A stretch of 63,241 nt of DNA, filler included, from Asterionella formosa (lineage: Eukaryota), in NCBI GenBank assembly GCA_002256025.1. It is 27 parts of 27 records of this genome, joined end to end, with 100 filler letters (N's around TTAATTAATTAA, not from the genome) between each part and the next. Parts side by side here need not be neighbours in the genome. Positions count along the whole stretch, not along the records: positions 1 to 17,050 come from NKIB01004585.1; 26 more parts are not named here. One strand, 5' to 3'. Positions 1 to 11,749 of the stretch are shown here, one piece after another. The position numbers and the translations under genes were made by a program. Position 1 is the stretch's first letter; each line of letters begins with the position of its first letter. The notes beneath the pieces are model-generated. The model did no database searches. It saw nothing but the letters and a program-made list of their open reading frames with translations, and was not told the DNA's origin.

Positions 1-840
1 ACTGTCCTCAACAACTCCTGGTCTTGCTGGTAAGTCTTCATAGACGTCGCAATCATCAGGAACATCTACACCCAAACTCGCAACCAATGTTGGTACCAGA
101 TGTTCATGAACATATTCATACATTTTTTCCACAGACAAGTCATTTAAATTGGCGATCCCAAATTTCTTGAATGCATTCATGGCATCAGGATTTGATTGGA
201 AGAATGGAGGGATCTTATCCTTTTTGATTGGCGACTTACAGAAAGCATCTTGTAAATTGTATGCCAGTTGCCGATGCCACCTTCCAAGAGTCCTCACATT
301 GGAGTAGGCTTCTAATCCAAGATCATTCATAACTCCAATTGAATATTGGAGGCACTGCTGCCAGGTCCATCTGGTTTCCCCAATTTCCTTCTGAACAAAC
401 TGCCTCAAAGCACAGGCCAAATATAAACTCCTCTGTCTCAGCATGAAGATTTCGAATTCGGAGCAATGCTTATCAGCATCTCCCCCTTCCACCAAAAGTT
501 TCCAATGGTTGGGATGTCTATTAATTGATTCGAACAGCTCAATTCGGGAAATAACAACTCCTTTGACATTGGCTTCATCTCCATACTTTGCTTTGGGAGC
601 AAATAGTGTCCTGGCCTCACCTGACTTCCAATAATCTATGCTCAGACGAGCCTGCTCTTGCTCTATATTATCCGAAATTGTTGATGATGATTGATGTTGA
701 TTTAAGGCTTCAATGGAGGGAGTATCAGCTTCATTTGAGTTCATCAATTTGGCTCGTTTGTTGAGTGATCCAACTTCAAGATTATCCATCACCTCTGCAG
801 TTCGAATTTGCCTTGAACCCCCAATAGTCGCTTTGTGACG
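1..840 (-). CDS. Partial ORF running off the left edge, unknown protein, possibly DNA-transposase-derived
   Basis: Manual translation: stop-free for 280 codons to the window edge (IDYWKSGEARTLF...RTLGRWHRQL...FFQSNPDAMNAFKKFGIANLNDLSVEKMYEYVHEHLVP); ATG at 789; absent from the ORF track because there is no stop. TE origin is only an impression. Confidence 0.4.
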
Positions 841-1552
841 CTATTATTAAGAAAAGAAGCGACATTACTGTTCTTCGGAAACAAAGGAGCAGGAGAACCA
901 TGGTCAGAAAAGAAGAATAGGTTGTAGCGCTGTGCCACTTGGAATGGTGATCCTATTGGGATCATAGGACATTGAAGGGTAGCACTTGTTCATGTATGTC
1001 ATCAATGTTCGCGTAGTCAATAGCATGTCACTTCCAATGTTGTATTTTTGGTTCATGTAGTGAATGAGGAGGTCGGCCGGAATCCAGTGCCCACGTAGTG
1101 ATGACTCCGCCATCACCAAAGAAAAATATCGTCCAAACAACTGAAAGTTTGATGTCATCTGTTTTGCGGTTTGGTTTACGGTCAGCGCTATGATCACGGT
1201 TCTAATACTATATCGCAAAACACAAGGCACTGAAGGGAAGCAAAGGGAACCAACCGAGCGCAATCAACATGGTGATGGTTGTAACAACAAGAGATTCATC
1301 ACGCAAAATATTTAGCTATATTTTTAGAAATAATGGTTTGTACCAGGCCTACTAGAGCTACTATATGTTCTTCGATCATGCACCCAGCCATAATGATCTA
1401 CCGGCATGCGAGTAACAGAACCCGGTGTCGGTATCAGGTACCAGGTACCCTGTATATTGGTATCCATAGTCTTCTTTGGATTGTGTACCAGGTACCCTGA
1501 ATAAAAAATGAATACCTCGGCAAGAACATAAAGAATATATATTACAAATGCC

Positions 1553-2512
1553 ATGACATCTTTTGCTCTCCCTTCGGGCAATGTAATGCCTGGTCTCGGA
1601 TTGGGAACGTTTAATGCAAACTCTGGTGAGGTTGGCGATGCCGTGCAGAGTGCCATGTCGATGGGATACCGCCATTTGGACTGTGCTGCCATTTATGGAA
1701 ATGAAAAAGAAATCGGGATCGCACTCAAACAAATATTTGACGACATTCCACGGAAAGAAGTATTCATTACCAGCAAATTATGGAATTCGATGCACCATCC
1801 AGATGACGTGGAATCCGCGCTGCAGCAAACCTTGGCGGATTTGGGATGCGACTACTTGGATCTTTACCTCATTCATTGGCCTGTCGCCATGGACAAGAAC
1901 GACAATTCATACATTTCTTTGGAAGAAATGCCACTTTCCAAGACATGGGAGGCCATGGAGAAATGCAAGGAGAAAGGACTTGTCAAGGATATTGGTGTTT
2001 CCAATTTCAGTGTTAAGAAGCTCAAGGATCTCTTAGCATCTTGCAAAATTAAGCCAGCTGTGAACCAAGTGGAGCGTCATCCGTACCTTCAACAGCCAGA
2101 GCTGTTGGACTATTGCATCGAAAATGGGATTATCTTGACTGCCTACTCTCCATTGGGAGCTCGCGATCGTCCATCTGGGATGAAGTCGGACAGTGAGATT
2201 GCAGTGCTCGACGATCCTGTGATTGCCAAAATAGCCAAGAAACATCAAGTGACACCAGCCCAAGTCCTTCTCCAATGGGCCCTGGCAAATAAAACGCCAG
2301 TGATTCCAAAGAGTGTCTCTGTGAATCGTCAGAAGGAAAACTGGGAGGCCGCTGCGAAGTTTGTATTGGATGAGCATGATTTAGCAGAAATTAAGTCGTT
2401 GGACAGGCATGCCCGATATGTTGACGGCTTATTTTGGTGTGGTGACAACAGCCCATATACCATAGAAAACTTGTGGGATGAAGTGAATTTGGGTGAAAGC
2501 ACGGATGATTGA
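1553..2512 (+). CDS. Aldo-keto reductase, copy 1 (319 aa, intronless)
   Basis: GLGLGT, catalytic tetrad D(LDCA)/Y(AIY)/K(SKLW)/H(IHWP), IGVSNF, NQVERHP, AYSPLG, IPKS motifs. Confidence 0.95.
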   Translation: MTSFALPSGNVMPGLGLGTFNANSGEVGDAVQSAMSMGYRHLDCAAIYGNEKEIGIALKQIFDDIPRKEVFITSKLWNSMHHPDDVESALQQTLADLGCDYLDLYLIHWPVAMDKNDNSYISLEEMPLSKTWEAMEKCKEKGLVKDIGVSNFSVKKLKDLLASCKIKPAVNQVERHPYLQQPELLDYCIENGIILTAYSPLGARDRPSGMKSDSEIAVLDDPVIAKIAKKHQVTPAQVLLQWALANKTPVIPKSVSVNRQKENWEAAAKFVLDEHDLAEIKSLDRHARYVDGLFWCGDNSPYTIENLWDEVNLGESTDD

Positions 2513-4065
2513 TTCATTGTTGAAGAGCGATACTAAACTCCTGGAAGTGTTGGCATTTGTGAGACATACAGGGCGACCAAATTTACTATGCCTTATCTAA
2601 GCACCATGGGAATACTTCCTTTTTGTTACTAAAGTAGCTATAATATTAGCCACGGAAAAAGAAGGCTCACCAAGAAATAATTTTTTCTTGTGACCACGTA
2701 ATTTGCTGTGGATATACACGTCCGCCCACAGCAAGCTGGTCTGTTCTTGAAAACATTTTTAGATGTCAAAGATCATCATTCTTTACAAGATTTTCTTATG
2801 ACCAATACTGGGTTGGGGTGGTTGCCATTTGCCTTTTTCATGAATTCCAAGGCAACTTGGACTTAGCGAAGAGAAATTCTTTAAAAATTGTGCTGTATTG
2901 AACCCCAATTCATACAAGAGAGAATTATGATAAAACTCTTATTCTCAATTGAAATAGGAGACTCAAAATTATTTGATTTTAAACACTCACTGAATACACC
3001 TACAAGTATTCCCAGTGGCGGATATTGCAACAGGAGCTGATGGTCGATGCATCCTACAATTATGGAATCGAACTGCCATATCCCGGAGAGAAATCATCCA
3101 AGGAAGAGTTTCCCTATGAAGTGGAAAAATCCATGTCATTATTACACACTCAATGCAACTGGAAACCTTTACCATCAATGTTCTTGGATCATATTAGGAG
3201 GCAGCCAAGACAGGAAAGGAGACTGCTTCAATAAAATATATGAAGACATAGGAAGTACAGAGACTACAACAACGACATCAAACATGCCATCCATTGTCAC
3301 TGTTTCATCAAAAGATGATCGTTTGTCTGGAAAATGCAACTCAATGGCCACAAGAATAGAATACAGATATATGTGGTGTTATGTTTGGGGCCAGTTGATG
3401 GCAATAACCCAGCCAACTGCGATCAGCTTAACACTTCTGGAAATCTTCAGAATAGCCTCAGTATTACTCTTTCGCAAAAAAACTCACGAAATACCGCAAG
3501 ATAAACAAATCACCATTCCAGACACACATAGTATAGAGTGTAAGTTCAGCATTGTATACCCGTACAGCATGTGGTACAACACTCCCAAATTCTTTGTCAA
3601 GAGAAAAAATAAAGCCATATTATTGTACACCATTTGCTTGTTAATGTATTTGCAATAAAAATAACAATCAACAACAACATGAGCAATGCTAATGACATTT
3701 GAGATGGCGACATCCTTGGCCTGAAAGGTACTTCAATAGTCTAAGCTGCAAGTAGCAAGTCTGTTGTAATGCAATTATCAAGCTGAATATAGCAGGCTTG
3801 GGTGGTGCTGGCCTTGATGTGATTTTTGGATTGCCAAAACTTTAATAGAATTGTTTTCGTCTTGTGATTGATGTAGCAATAAACTTGTATACGATATTGC
3901 TGCATCTACAGTTATGATTAATTTTACTGTCGTCAGGAAAACCAATATTCAAATATAATCACCCAAATTAAGAATTTGGATTGGCCCAATGATATGATCA
4001 TGATGAATTTGGCTGGGTACACATAAATAATATGATGCATCATATAATATATATGATTGGAGTAA

Positions 4066-4177
4066 GGGGAATGGCTTAGTTGGTTAAGCAAATTGCATTT
4101 TGATCAGAGGTTGAGTGGTTCGAATCCCGCGATTTTTGAGAAGCAATTGTTGGGTTCAACTCCCATACTCCTCACCA
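4066..4177 (+). pseudogene. tRNA-derived (SINE-head-like or pseudo-tRNA) sequence
   Basis: A-box TGGCTTAGTTGG (4072-4083), B-box GGTTCGAATCC (4117-4127), second T-arm-like TGGGTTCAACTCCCA followed by TACTCCTCACCA; no clean cloverleaf. Confidence 0.5.
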
Positions 4178-5199
4178 TCCTGCGCAGTCTTGCCTGGTGT
4201 GCAAGGAAAATTGGGTTCCCCCTACAAGTAGTGTGCCGCCTTCCTAGATATTCGGATTTTCCCCTAACACTGCGGCTAAGGTGATCACCTTTTGCGAAAG
4301 ATAGTTGTGGACTCACCTACACTAACAAAACTAGTAGGGAAGCACAGGTCTTGTTGGCAGGCCATGCTATGAAAAAACCACGTGGAACCACAAGGTCTCA
4401 GAAAAAGCGCGTTATAAGTGATCACCCTTTTTTATATGATAGTAGTGCCGACAACTGGGATAATGCATATTCGAACCTCACATTATTTTTGAAGCTAAGT
4501 AACAATATTTTTGTAGTTCTAATCATATAATTTCTCAATCTACATCCACAATCGTTATTGTTCCTAGGAATCAACTTTAATTTCTATGAATGAGCAAAGT
4601 AAAATGGCAATGCTATTGCACTATTAATATTGTTGCAATATCTACCAGAAATATTTTTACATTATATGATTAGTTAGTGCTGGTAGTAGTAGTTGCAAAA
4701 ATCGCTGATGAGCATGCTGATGTAAAATCACTGCTTTGCTTGCGTGTCATGGCAACCCTCAAATAAATTTTCTAGCACCAATCATTATCCGACAACCTTC
4801 TTTTCTCTCATTTTCCCAACCTTTTAACTACCAGTAGATAGATGCAGAAAATTAAGTGATCAAGATAAAAGGAATTTAGCTATTCATACAATCCTGTAGT
4901 AATGGATATTTGCATGCATAAGTAAGTAGCTATAAATCCTTAGATCGGTTTTCTGGTAATCTGTGAAACTTTCCTAGTTTGCCAAATCATAAAGCAAAGT
5001 AAGATGATACTTCGCCCCCAATTTGTAGCCTTCTTCTATCAATCAAAGTATTTGAGGCTCACGAGATCAATGACTAAATATGGAGTGTCGATGCGCTTAG
5101 AACCGAGGTAAATTGATCAACTTAGGCATCAGTAAATGCCTTTCGAAGTGTCCCGCAAAAAATTGCATAAAATAGAAATAAATAAAGGAGATAAGATCA

Positions 5200-5795
5200 T
5201 TGATTATGATCGTCTAAAGCTATTCGTCCTTTGCTTCATTTACCAAATGTTCTGCCCAGAGTTATATATCTAGTAGAAATGTAGCTGGTCCGAAAAGGAG
5301 AGTGACATATCTCATTTTCGACTTACTACGAAGATATGCAAAGAAGGGTAATAAATTCAACAACTGCTCTTTGAGAATTTCCATAAATTGGATCGTCCAA
5401 AGCTCCGCATCTTTTTTCTTTGTTTACCATAATGTTATTCCCAGAGTTATTCATGTATTCGAAATGAAGCCGGTACAGAAAGGAGAAGGCCATTGTGACA
5501 CATCTTATTTCTTAATTTATTTTGACGACATGAAATGAAGGGTAATAAATTCAACAACTTTTCTTTGAGAATTCCCAAAATTTGGATGGTCCAATGCTCT
5601 TCATCCTTTGCTTCGTTACCATATCATTCTTGCTAGAAGGGTTATCAAAGTAGACGAAACGTAGAAGGTCCAAAAGGGAGAAGGCCATTGATCCATATCT
5701 CATTTTTGACTTACTACAACAACATACAATGAAGGGTAATATATTCAGCAAGAACCATTCTATGAGAAATTCTTTGGGATTTTATCGTCCAATTG
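5200..5795. repeat. Degenerate tandem repeat, 194-bp period, about 3 copies
   Basis: Anchor GAAGGGTAAT(A/-)AATTCA recurs at 5343, 5537 and 5731; ATCTCATTTT..GACTTACTAC and GAAGGCCATTG also recur. Confidence 0.75.
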
Positions 5796-6121
5796 GGCAT
5801 CAGTGAATTTTTTTTTGGAGTGTTTGTACTAATGAGCAGAAAAAGAGTGAAAAATAGATATAAATAGCGAGGATAAGTTTGTTGATGACGATTGTCATGC
5901 CCAGCTTCCAATTCATTTTTTTACACCAGTTTTTTCCTGGCCTCGTCAAGGCTTGCAGTCTTGTTTGCCTGCAAAAAGTACGTAGTAAATGCCCCATACA
6001 TGGAAATTCTTGGATACGAAAGGTTTGATCGGTACTCAGTATTTATTAGCTATTGCTTTTTCCTTCGTATTATTCTTTTTCTGAAAAGTCGACCTCCATG
6101 TTGGTGCAGATGAACCACGCC

Positions 6122-7081
6122 ATGACATCTTTTGCTCTCCCTTCGGGCAATGTAATGCCTGGTCTCGGTTTAGGGACGTGGAAATCAGATCCTGGCGTGG
6201 TTGGCGATGCCGTGCAGAGTGCCGTGTCGATGGGATACCGCCATTTGGATTGTGCTGCCATTTATGGAAATGAAAAAGAAATCGGGATCGCACTCAAACA
6301 AATATTTGACGACATTCCACGGAAAGAAGTATTCATTACCAGCAAATTATGGAATACGATGCACCATCCAGATGACGTGGAATCCGCGCTGCAGCAAACC
6401 TTGGCGGATTTGGGATGCGACTACTTGGATCTTTACCTCATTCATTGGCCTGTCGCCATGGACAAGAACGACAATTCATACATTTCTTTGGAAGATATGC
6501 CACTTTCCAAGACATGGGAGGCCATGGAGAAATGCAAGGAGAAAGGTCTTGTCAAGGATATTGGTGTTTCCAATTTCAGTGTTAAGAAGCTCAAGGTTCT
6601 CTTAGCATCTTGCAAAATTAAGCCAGCTGTGAACCAAGTGGAGCGTCATCCGTACCTTCAACAGCCAGAGCTGTTGGACTATTGCATCAAAAATGGGATT
6701 ATCTTGACTGCATACTCTCCATTGGGTTCCCGCGATCGTCCATCTGGACTGAAGTCGGACAGTGAGATTGCAGTGCTCGACGATCCTGTGATTGCCAAAA
6801 TAGCCAAGAAACATCAAGTGACACCAGCCCAAGTTCTTCTCCAATGGGCCCTGGCAAGTAAAACATCAGTGATTCCAAAGAGTGTCTCTGTGAATCGTCA
6901 GAAGGAAAACTGGGAGGCCGCTGCGAAGTTTGTATTGGATGAGCATGATTTAGCAGAAATTAAGTCGTTGGACAGGCACACCCGATATGTCGATGGCTCA
7001 TTTTGGTGTGGTGACAACAGCCCGTATACCATAGAAAACTTGTGGGATGAAGTGAATATGGCTGCAAGTTCTGATAACTAG
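6122..7081 (+). CDS. Aldo-keto reductase, copy 2 (319 aa, intronless)
   Basis: Near-identical paralogue of 1553-2512; ATG at 6122 aligns with the copy-1 start; all AKR motifs intact. Confidence 0.95.
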   Translation: MTSFALPSGNVMPGLGLGTWKSDPGVVGDAVQSAVSMGYRHLDCAAIYGNEKEIGIALKQIFDDIPRKEVFITSKLWNTMHHPDDVESALQQTLADLGCDYLDLYLIHWPVAMDKNDNSYISLEDMPLSKTWEAMEKCKEKGLVKDIGVSNFSVKKLKVLLASCKIKPAVNQVERHPYLQQPELLDYCIKNGIILTAYSPLGSRDRPSGLKSDSEIAVLDDPVIAKIAKKHQVTPAQVLLQWALASKTSVIPKSVSVNRQKENWEAAAKFVLDEHDLAEIKSLDRHTRYVDGSFWCGDNSPYTIENLWDEVNMAASSDN

Positions 7082-7507
7082 CTGTAATGATGCGGGTTTT
7101 TGGGAACGCTGACTGTCATAAGGACAAGAGATATTCGGCCCAAATCTCCAGAAAGCCCTTTGCATCCACATTCATCAAATGATATCGAGAGCCCGACAAT
7201 TAAAGCCAACATTGCCATAATTTTTTGCGGAACCCTACATACCGGTAGAACATTAAGACAACATTGCCATTACCAATATAAAACAGAATAACAGAAATAA
7301 CTAGAAGAATTATTGCATCATGTGTCAAACATTGGGGAAGAAAGGTCCTTAGGCGCAAAAAGTGACATGAGGTAGTAAAATAAGAAAAACACGTCACTGA
7401 GGTGTAATGGCATTTTAATACAAAAGATAGAACGCTCTAAAATAAGCTGTCGTATTTACAGCGAACGAGTGAGATCCCAACAACATTTCGGTTGGCTCTG
7501 GACACAA

Positions 7508-9434
7508 TCAGGCACTGCTCTTTTCAGCTTTGACGCGCTTCGCTGACCGATCATTTTTCCCGGAAGTTTCCCTTTTGCTAGTAGAGGAAGATGCCTCATT
7601 TCCCTTCTGGAGCTGTTGAGCCTCTCGCTGAAGGCGCGCAATCTGCTCGTTCAGTTCTCGTCGACGAGCATCAACTTCCTCGCCCTGATCGTGCTTAGTT
7701 TCACTAATCAAATTCGCATTAGCTTTACTGTCGTGGCCTGAAGAAGCATTTCCTTGCATCATCTGTTGCTGCTGCCGGAGTAGGGCCTGCATGTCATTAG
7801 AAGCATTGCCCATTCCGAGACCCATAGATCCCATAAGCCCACCAATTCCATTCTGTTGATTTTGAAGTAACATTGCCATATCAGCATTAGATGGACCAGA
7901 TCCCTCAGCCTGTTGCTGAAGCTGCTGCTGTTGAAGTTGTTGTTGTTGGTACAGATTCATCATGAGAGTTGTTTCTTGAATCTCATTGAGAAGGTTCATG
8001 TGGTGTAGCTTGAGCATCTCGTAGTGCTGATTCGGGTTCACCGACATTCCCATGGCGCCCCCACCACCCATGCCCCCACCAAGACCAAGCCCCGAGGCAC
8101 GACGTTCCTGGTCTCCAGGACGCTTGTTAGCCAGATTATTGTAGTGATCAGCGCGCGCGGCTTCATATGCCGCGGCAGACCCTCCTCCGACGAGCGGTCG
8201 ATGAGGCGGCATGTCACTACCATGGTCAAGAACTGCACTCAAGTTCATGGAGCCATTTCTTCGATTGGCGTCAGTATCTGAAAGAAGGGACATACCAATC
8301 GAAGATGAACGGCGTTGCATGAGGTCACCGAGACTATCAGTGTTAAAACCAAGACTGTGGTTACGATTGGCCCCAGCCATGTCAGCAGCAGACAAGAGGC
8401 CCGTGATGGAATCACGACGGCTTCCCAAAAACGGATCCCTACCAGAGAGGAGGGAGTCCCGACGAAGCAATGCAGGGTCGACGCCTTGTGGCATGCCATT
8501 TCCCATTCCCAAGGACATGTTTCCGCTCGTTCCTCCTTTCGTCGCATCTGCAGACTTTCCGGGCATCCCACCGCCTTCATCTCCGTCCATTTCATCGTCT
8601 TCCCCTTCACCCTTACGGCCGAGTCTTCCGCTCACGACACGGACCTGAAGGCGTTCAAGCTCAAGCATTACCCATTCTCGACTGGGCTTGGGTCGCATTG
8701 TCGATCGCCATGCTCGAGTGAGAGCCTTAGCACGTGCACATTTCTCGTCTGCTTCCGCAGACGAAAATGTACCGAGAGCAATTGTCTTTCCCGCCCACTG
8801 TGACCGGTATCAATGAATCAGGTGTAATCGTGTGAGCAATTCATGGCATAATTAAAATGAGACGGTCAAAAACGAAACAAAAGCAATGATAAAAAGAGGC
8901 GATCCGCAGCTGGGACTGTTTACGACGTAAAATGGAAAGACCGAAAATCCTGTGACTATCAGCTGAAATATATATTTATATTGCCCACATGAATAAAACA
9001 ACCCCAAATATATCCGGAATTTTATGACACTGCGGTCAATTCTCGAAAAGTTTAGCTCAAGTCCAACGCCCTTGACATGACTATGGCGTTTTTCGGTGCG
9101 TACTTTGTCGAGCGAGGAACAGACCAGCTGGCATTGATCCGACAGAAAAATGAAAACAGAGTTTTTCACGTTGATCGATTTCTTCAAGGGACATGCTGGT
9201 ACAAAAGCTACGAAAAGTCATCGTAACAGGTTGCTACCTGGGTACCATGAGTAATGCCAAGAGTGTTTCACCTGAGGGCTGGCGATGACCGTTCTGATTG
9301 CTTCATGCCAGGGTCTTGACCACCCGGTCATGACAGTCATATGTCACCTCCCGAATGAAATCCAAGTCACTTACCTTCACATGCACAGCTTTCTTACCAG
9401 CGCCGACGTTGTTGAAAGCTGTTGGACTACTCAT
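7508..9434 (-). CDS. Putative transcription factor with N-terminal AP2-like domain and Gln-rich/coiled-coil C-terminus; exons 9434-9375 and 8797-7508 (449 aa)
   Basis: Exon 1 MSSPTAFNNVGAGKKAVHVK ends at a GTAAGT donor; a CAG acceptor at 8800-8798 resumes in phase with WAGKTIALGTFSSAEADEKCARAKALTRAWR, in frame with ORF 7508-8698; polyQ, RRxS motifs, C-terminal KRVK. Confidence 0.75.
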
Positions 9435-10359
9435 TTTTTTAAAACAAGAGATTCACAGATATTTGTATGTTTGTTGTCGGTGTCGACGGCAAAAGTCGAC
9501 AAAGAGGATTCGGCGCTCGTTCGGCTGAGAAGATTGAAATTGAGGATTTAGGAGGCTGAAACAAATGAAATGACAGACCAACCCAAGGCTCGAGCAACTG
9601 AAACGGGGGCGACGAATGCCGAGAGACGGAATCAAATGCTGTTCCCTTTGCGACAAGAGATGTGAGCACAATTGCGAAACATACGGTTTTTATCTACCGG
9701 TGGTACACCAGAACAGGTACCAGGTACCTGCCGTCAGGTGAGTTTATACGAAAATCCCCAAGCATCACGCACTGCCTTGAAAAAATAAAAGAACAATCCA
9801 TTTCGTATACCGGTATATCATCACCAACGTAAAATGTCATAAGTATCGCTCTCGTTGAATTCTACGCAATCCAGTAACTTCTCAGGTTCAAATCAACACC
9901 CGCCGCCTTTCAAAAATGTGTCAAGTCACGGCATTCAGCTGGTTCTGGCCCGGCGCGTGTAGAACCGCTTGCGTCACTACGCGGGCCATATGAAGAGTTG
10001 CCGTGGTCGACATTGGTACACCATGTACTCTACATACCCGGTAGACTAACTGTTCCTAGTCCCCTGGTACCAGGTACCAGTGTTGCATTCTGTGTTATGA
10101 TTGCCTCTACACAGAAACCCGTATCAATGTTATATTGCTTGCTTGCAGACCAATGCATTCGAGGGCGGCTCCCAATGGTACCAGGTACCAGGTACTCCAA
10201 GTACAAGTTTTTAGAACAGTAGTTCCGGTATGTGGTAGACTACTGGGGCGAAGGTTCATGAGCACGTATGTACGCATGTACTGATTATTATCGTCGGGTT
10301 TGTTGGCTAATTATGAGAACAGCAAGCAAGTCACCACGGCAGGTTCCAGATGTCAGATA

Positions 10360-11493
10360 CCTGCAAGTTGCGGTCATTTTGCTCAAGGTTGTGGCCCTGC
10401 CTTAACCCTAGTTTGGATAAAATATCGCTAGGGTTGTAAAAATGGCATGGAACAGGGAGTTTCCTACATGAATTCCCATGATTCGAGTGTCCATTTGAAT
10501 GTTTGAATTAAAATGGAATTGGCACCAGATTGATAGAGTTCCATTTTAAACAAACAAAAACGATTTTTAATTGTTAATACTGTATGTAGACATGAGTCTG
10601 CTCAATGCCAAAACACATATATAAATCAGGAGTATGTCAACATGTATGCTCATGGTTCGTGTTTATACATTATATCAAATCTACACTGCTGTATGTAGGT
10701 TTAATAAAAGCATTGTGTTACAAGGTACCAAAGTACCAGAGTACCAGTGTGCCAATAGTACATAATCTTGGTTCATGATGATGGAAGGCAGGATGAAACT
10801 AGTACTGGTGTTCCGGTATTCTACTGATTTTGCCTGCTGGTATGGCATGTCTAATAAGTGTGGCTGGCGTGACTTTACAAGACCGGAGTACTTCAGCCAA
10901 TCTGGAGCAGGTGAGTCAGAATATGTGTGGTGACATGGCAACATACCCTGGAATATATGAGAACGATTTGCACATACAAATTCCGATTCCAAAAATTTGG
11001 CGACTGTTGAAAAAGCCGATTGAGTTGACTTTTTGGAGGAGGATTGCTCTACATCTGTGGGGTTTCATCAAGATTACAGTAGATAGCCATGTACCCTATA
11101 ATGTCAGGAGTTAACTTCTGGAGAGAAACTGCAGTTATATATTGTAGATTTTTAGAAAAGCTTCGTAGCCCCTTTTTTGACTATTTTTGCGATAGTTATG
11201 AATCTACGATACATAACTGCAGTTTCTTTCCAGAAATGAGGTCCTTACCATATTTGAAGATGGAACATGCCCCAAAGTCGACCCATGACTGCTTCTAAGC
11301 ATATGCAAATTGGTCGTATTGGTGAAAGCTAATTTTACCTTCAACTATTTTATATACTGGTGCGTAATGTCTGGATTAAGGTACATCATCAAATTATTTT
11401 GGAAAAAACGGACCTCGCAATGTGTAACTGCGGGGCCGCAACAATTCAATTTAATCTGGGATAAAGATAGCTAAAATCACCACAACTTGCTGT
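10360..11493. mobile_element. Non-autonomous TIR element (MITE/foldback-like) with TA flanks
   Basis: TA|CCTGCAAGTTGCGGTCATTTTGCT ... AGCTAAAATCACCACAACTTGCTGT|TA degenerate TIRs; same TIR at 48059-48149 and 56632-56655; internal 35-bp inverted repeat. Confidence 0.6.
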
Positions 11494-11749
11494 TACCCTG
11501 ATACGACGGATATTTACCGCTCTTGAAACTAAAAATACCGGTAAGCGATTGTCAGCCACCAGCCTGCTTGGCTGCTTACCGGTATTAGTTACGCGCGCAT
11601 CATCAGAGCAACAAATAAATGTTCCATTTTCCGTCGCCGGCAATCATCTGCTGTAATCTACAGGTAATGAAATCAAATCACTTTGCAATAGGGGATTGCT
11701 GATACAAAACAACAGATTCTCGTTCCCATTACCCAGCCAATCAAACAAA

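Noticed and set aside
2987..3800. ORF 3047-3658 and a hydrophobic broken frame on the minus strand
   Set aside because: No recognisable motif; multiple stops; possibly a decayed membrane-protein gene but unsupported
6053..6121. N-terminal extension of AKR copy 2 in the ORF track
   Set aside because: Non-ATG start; homology with copy 1 begins at ATG 6122
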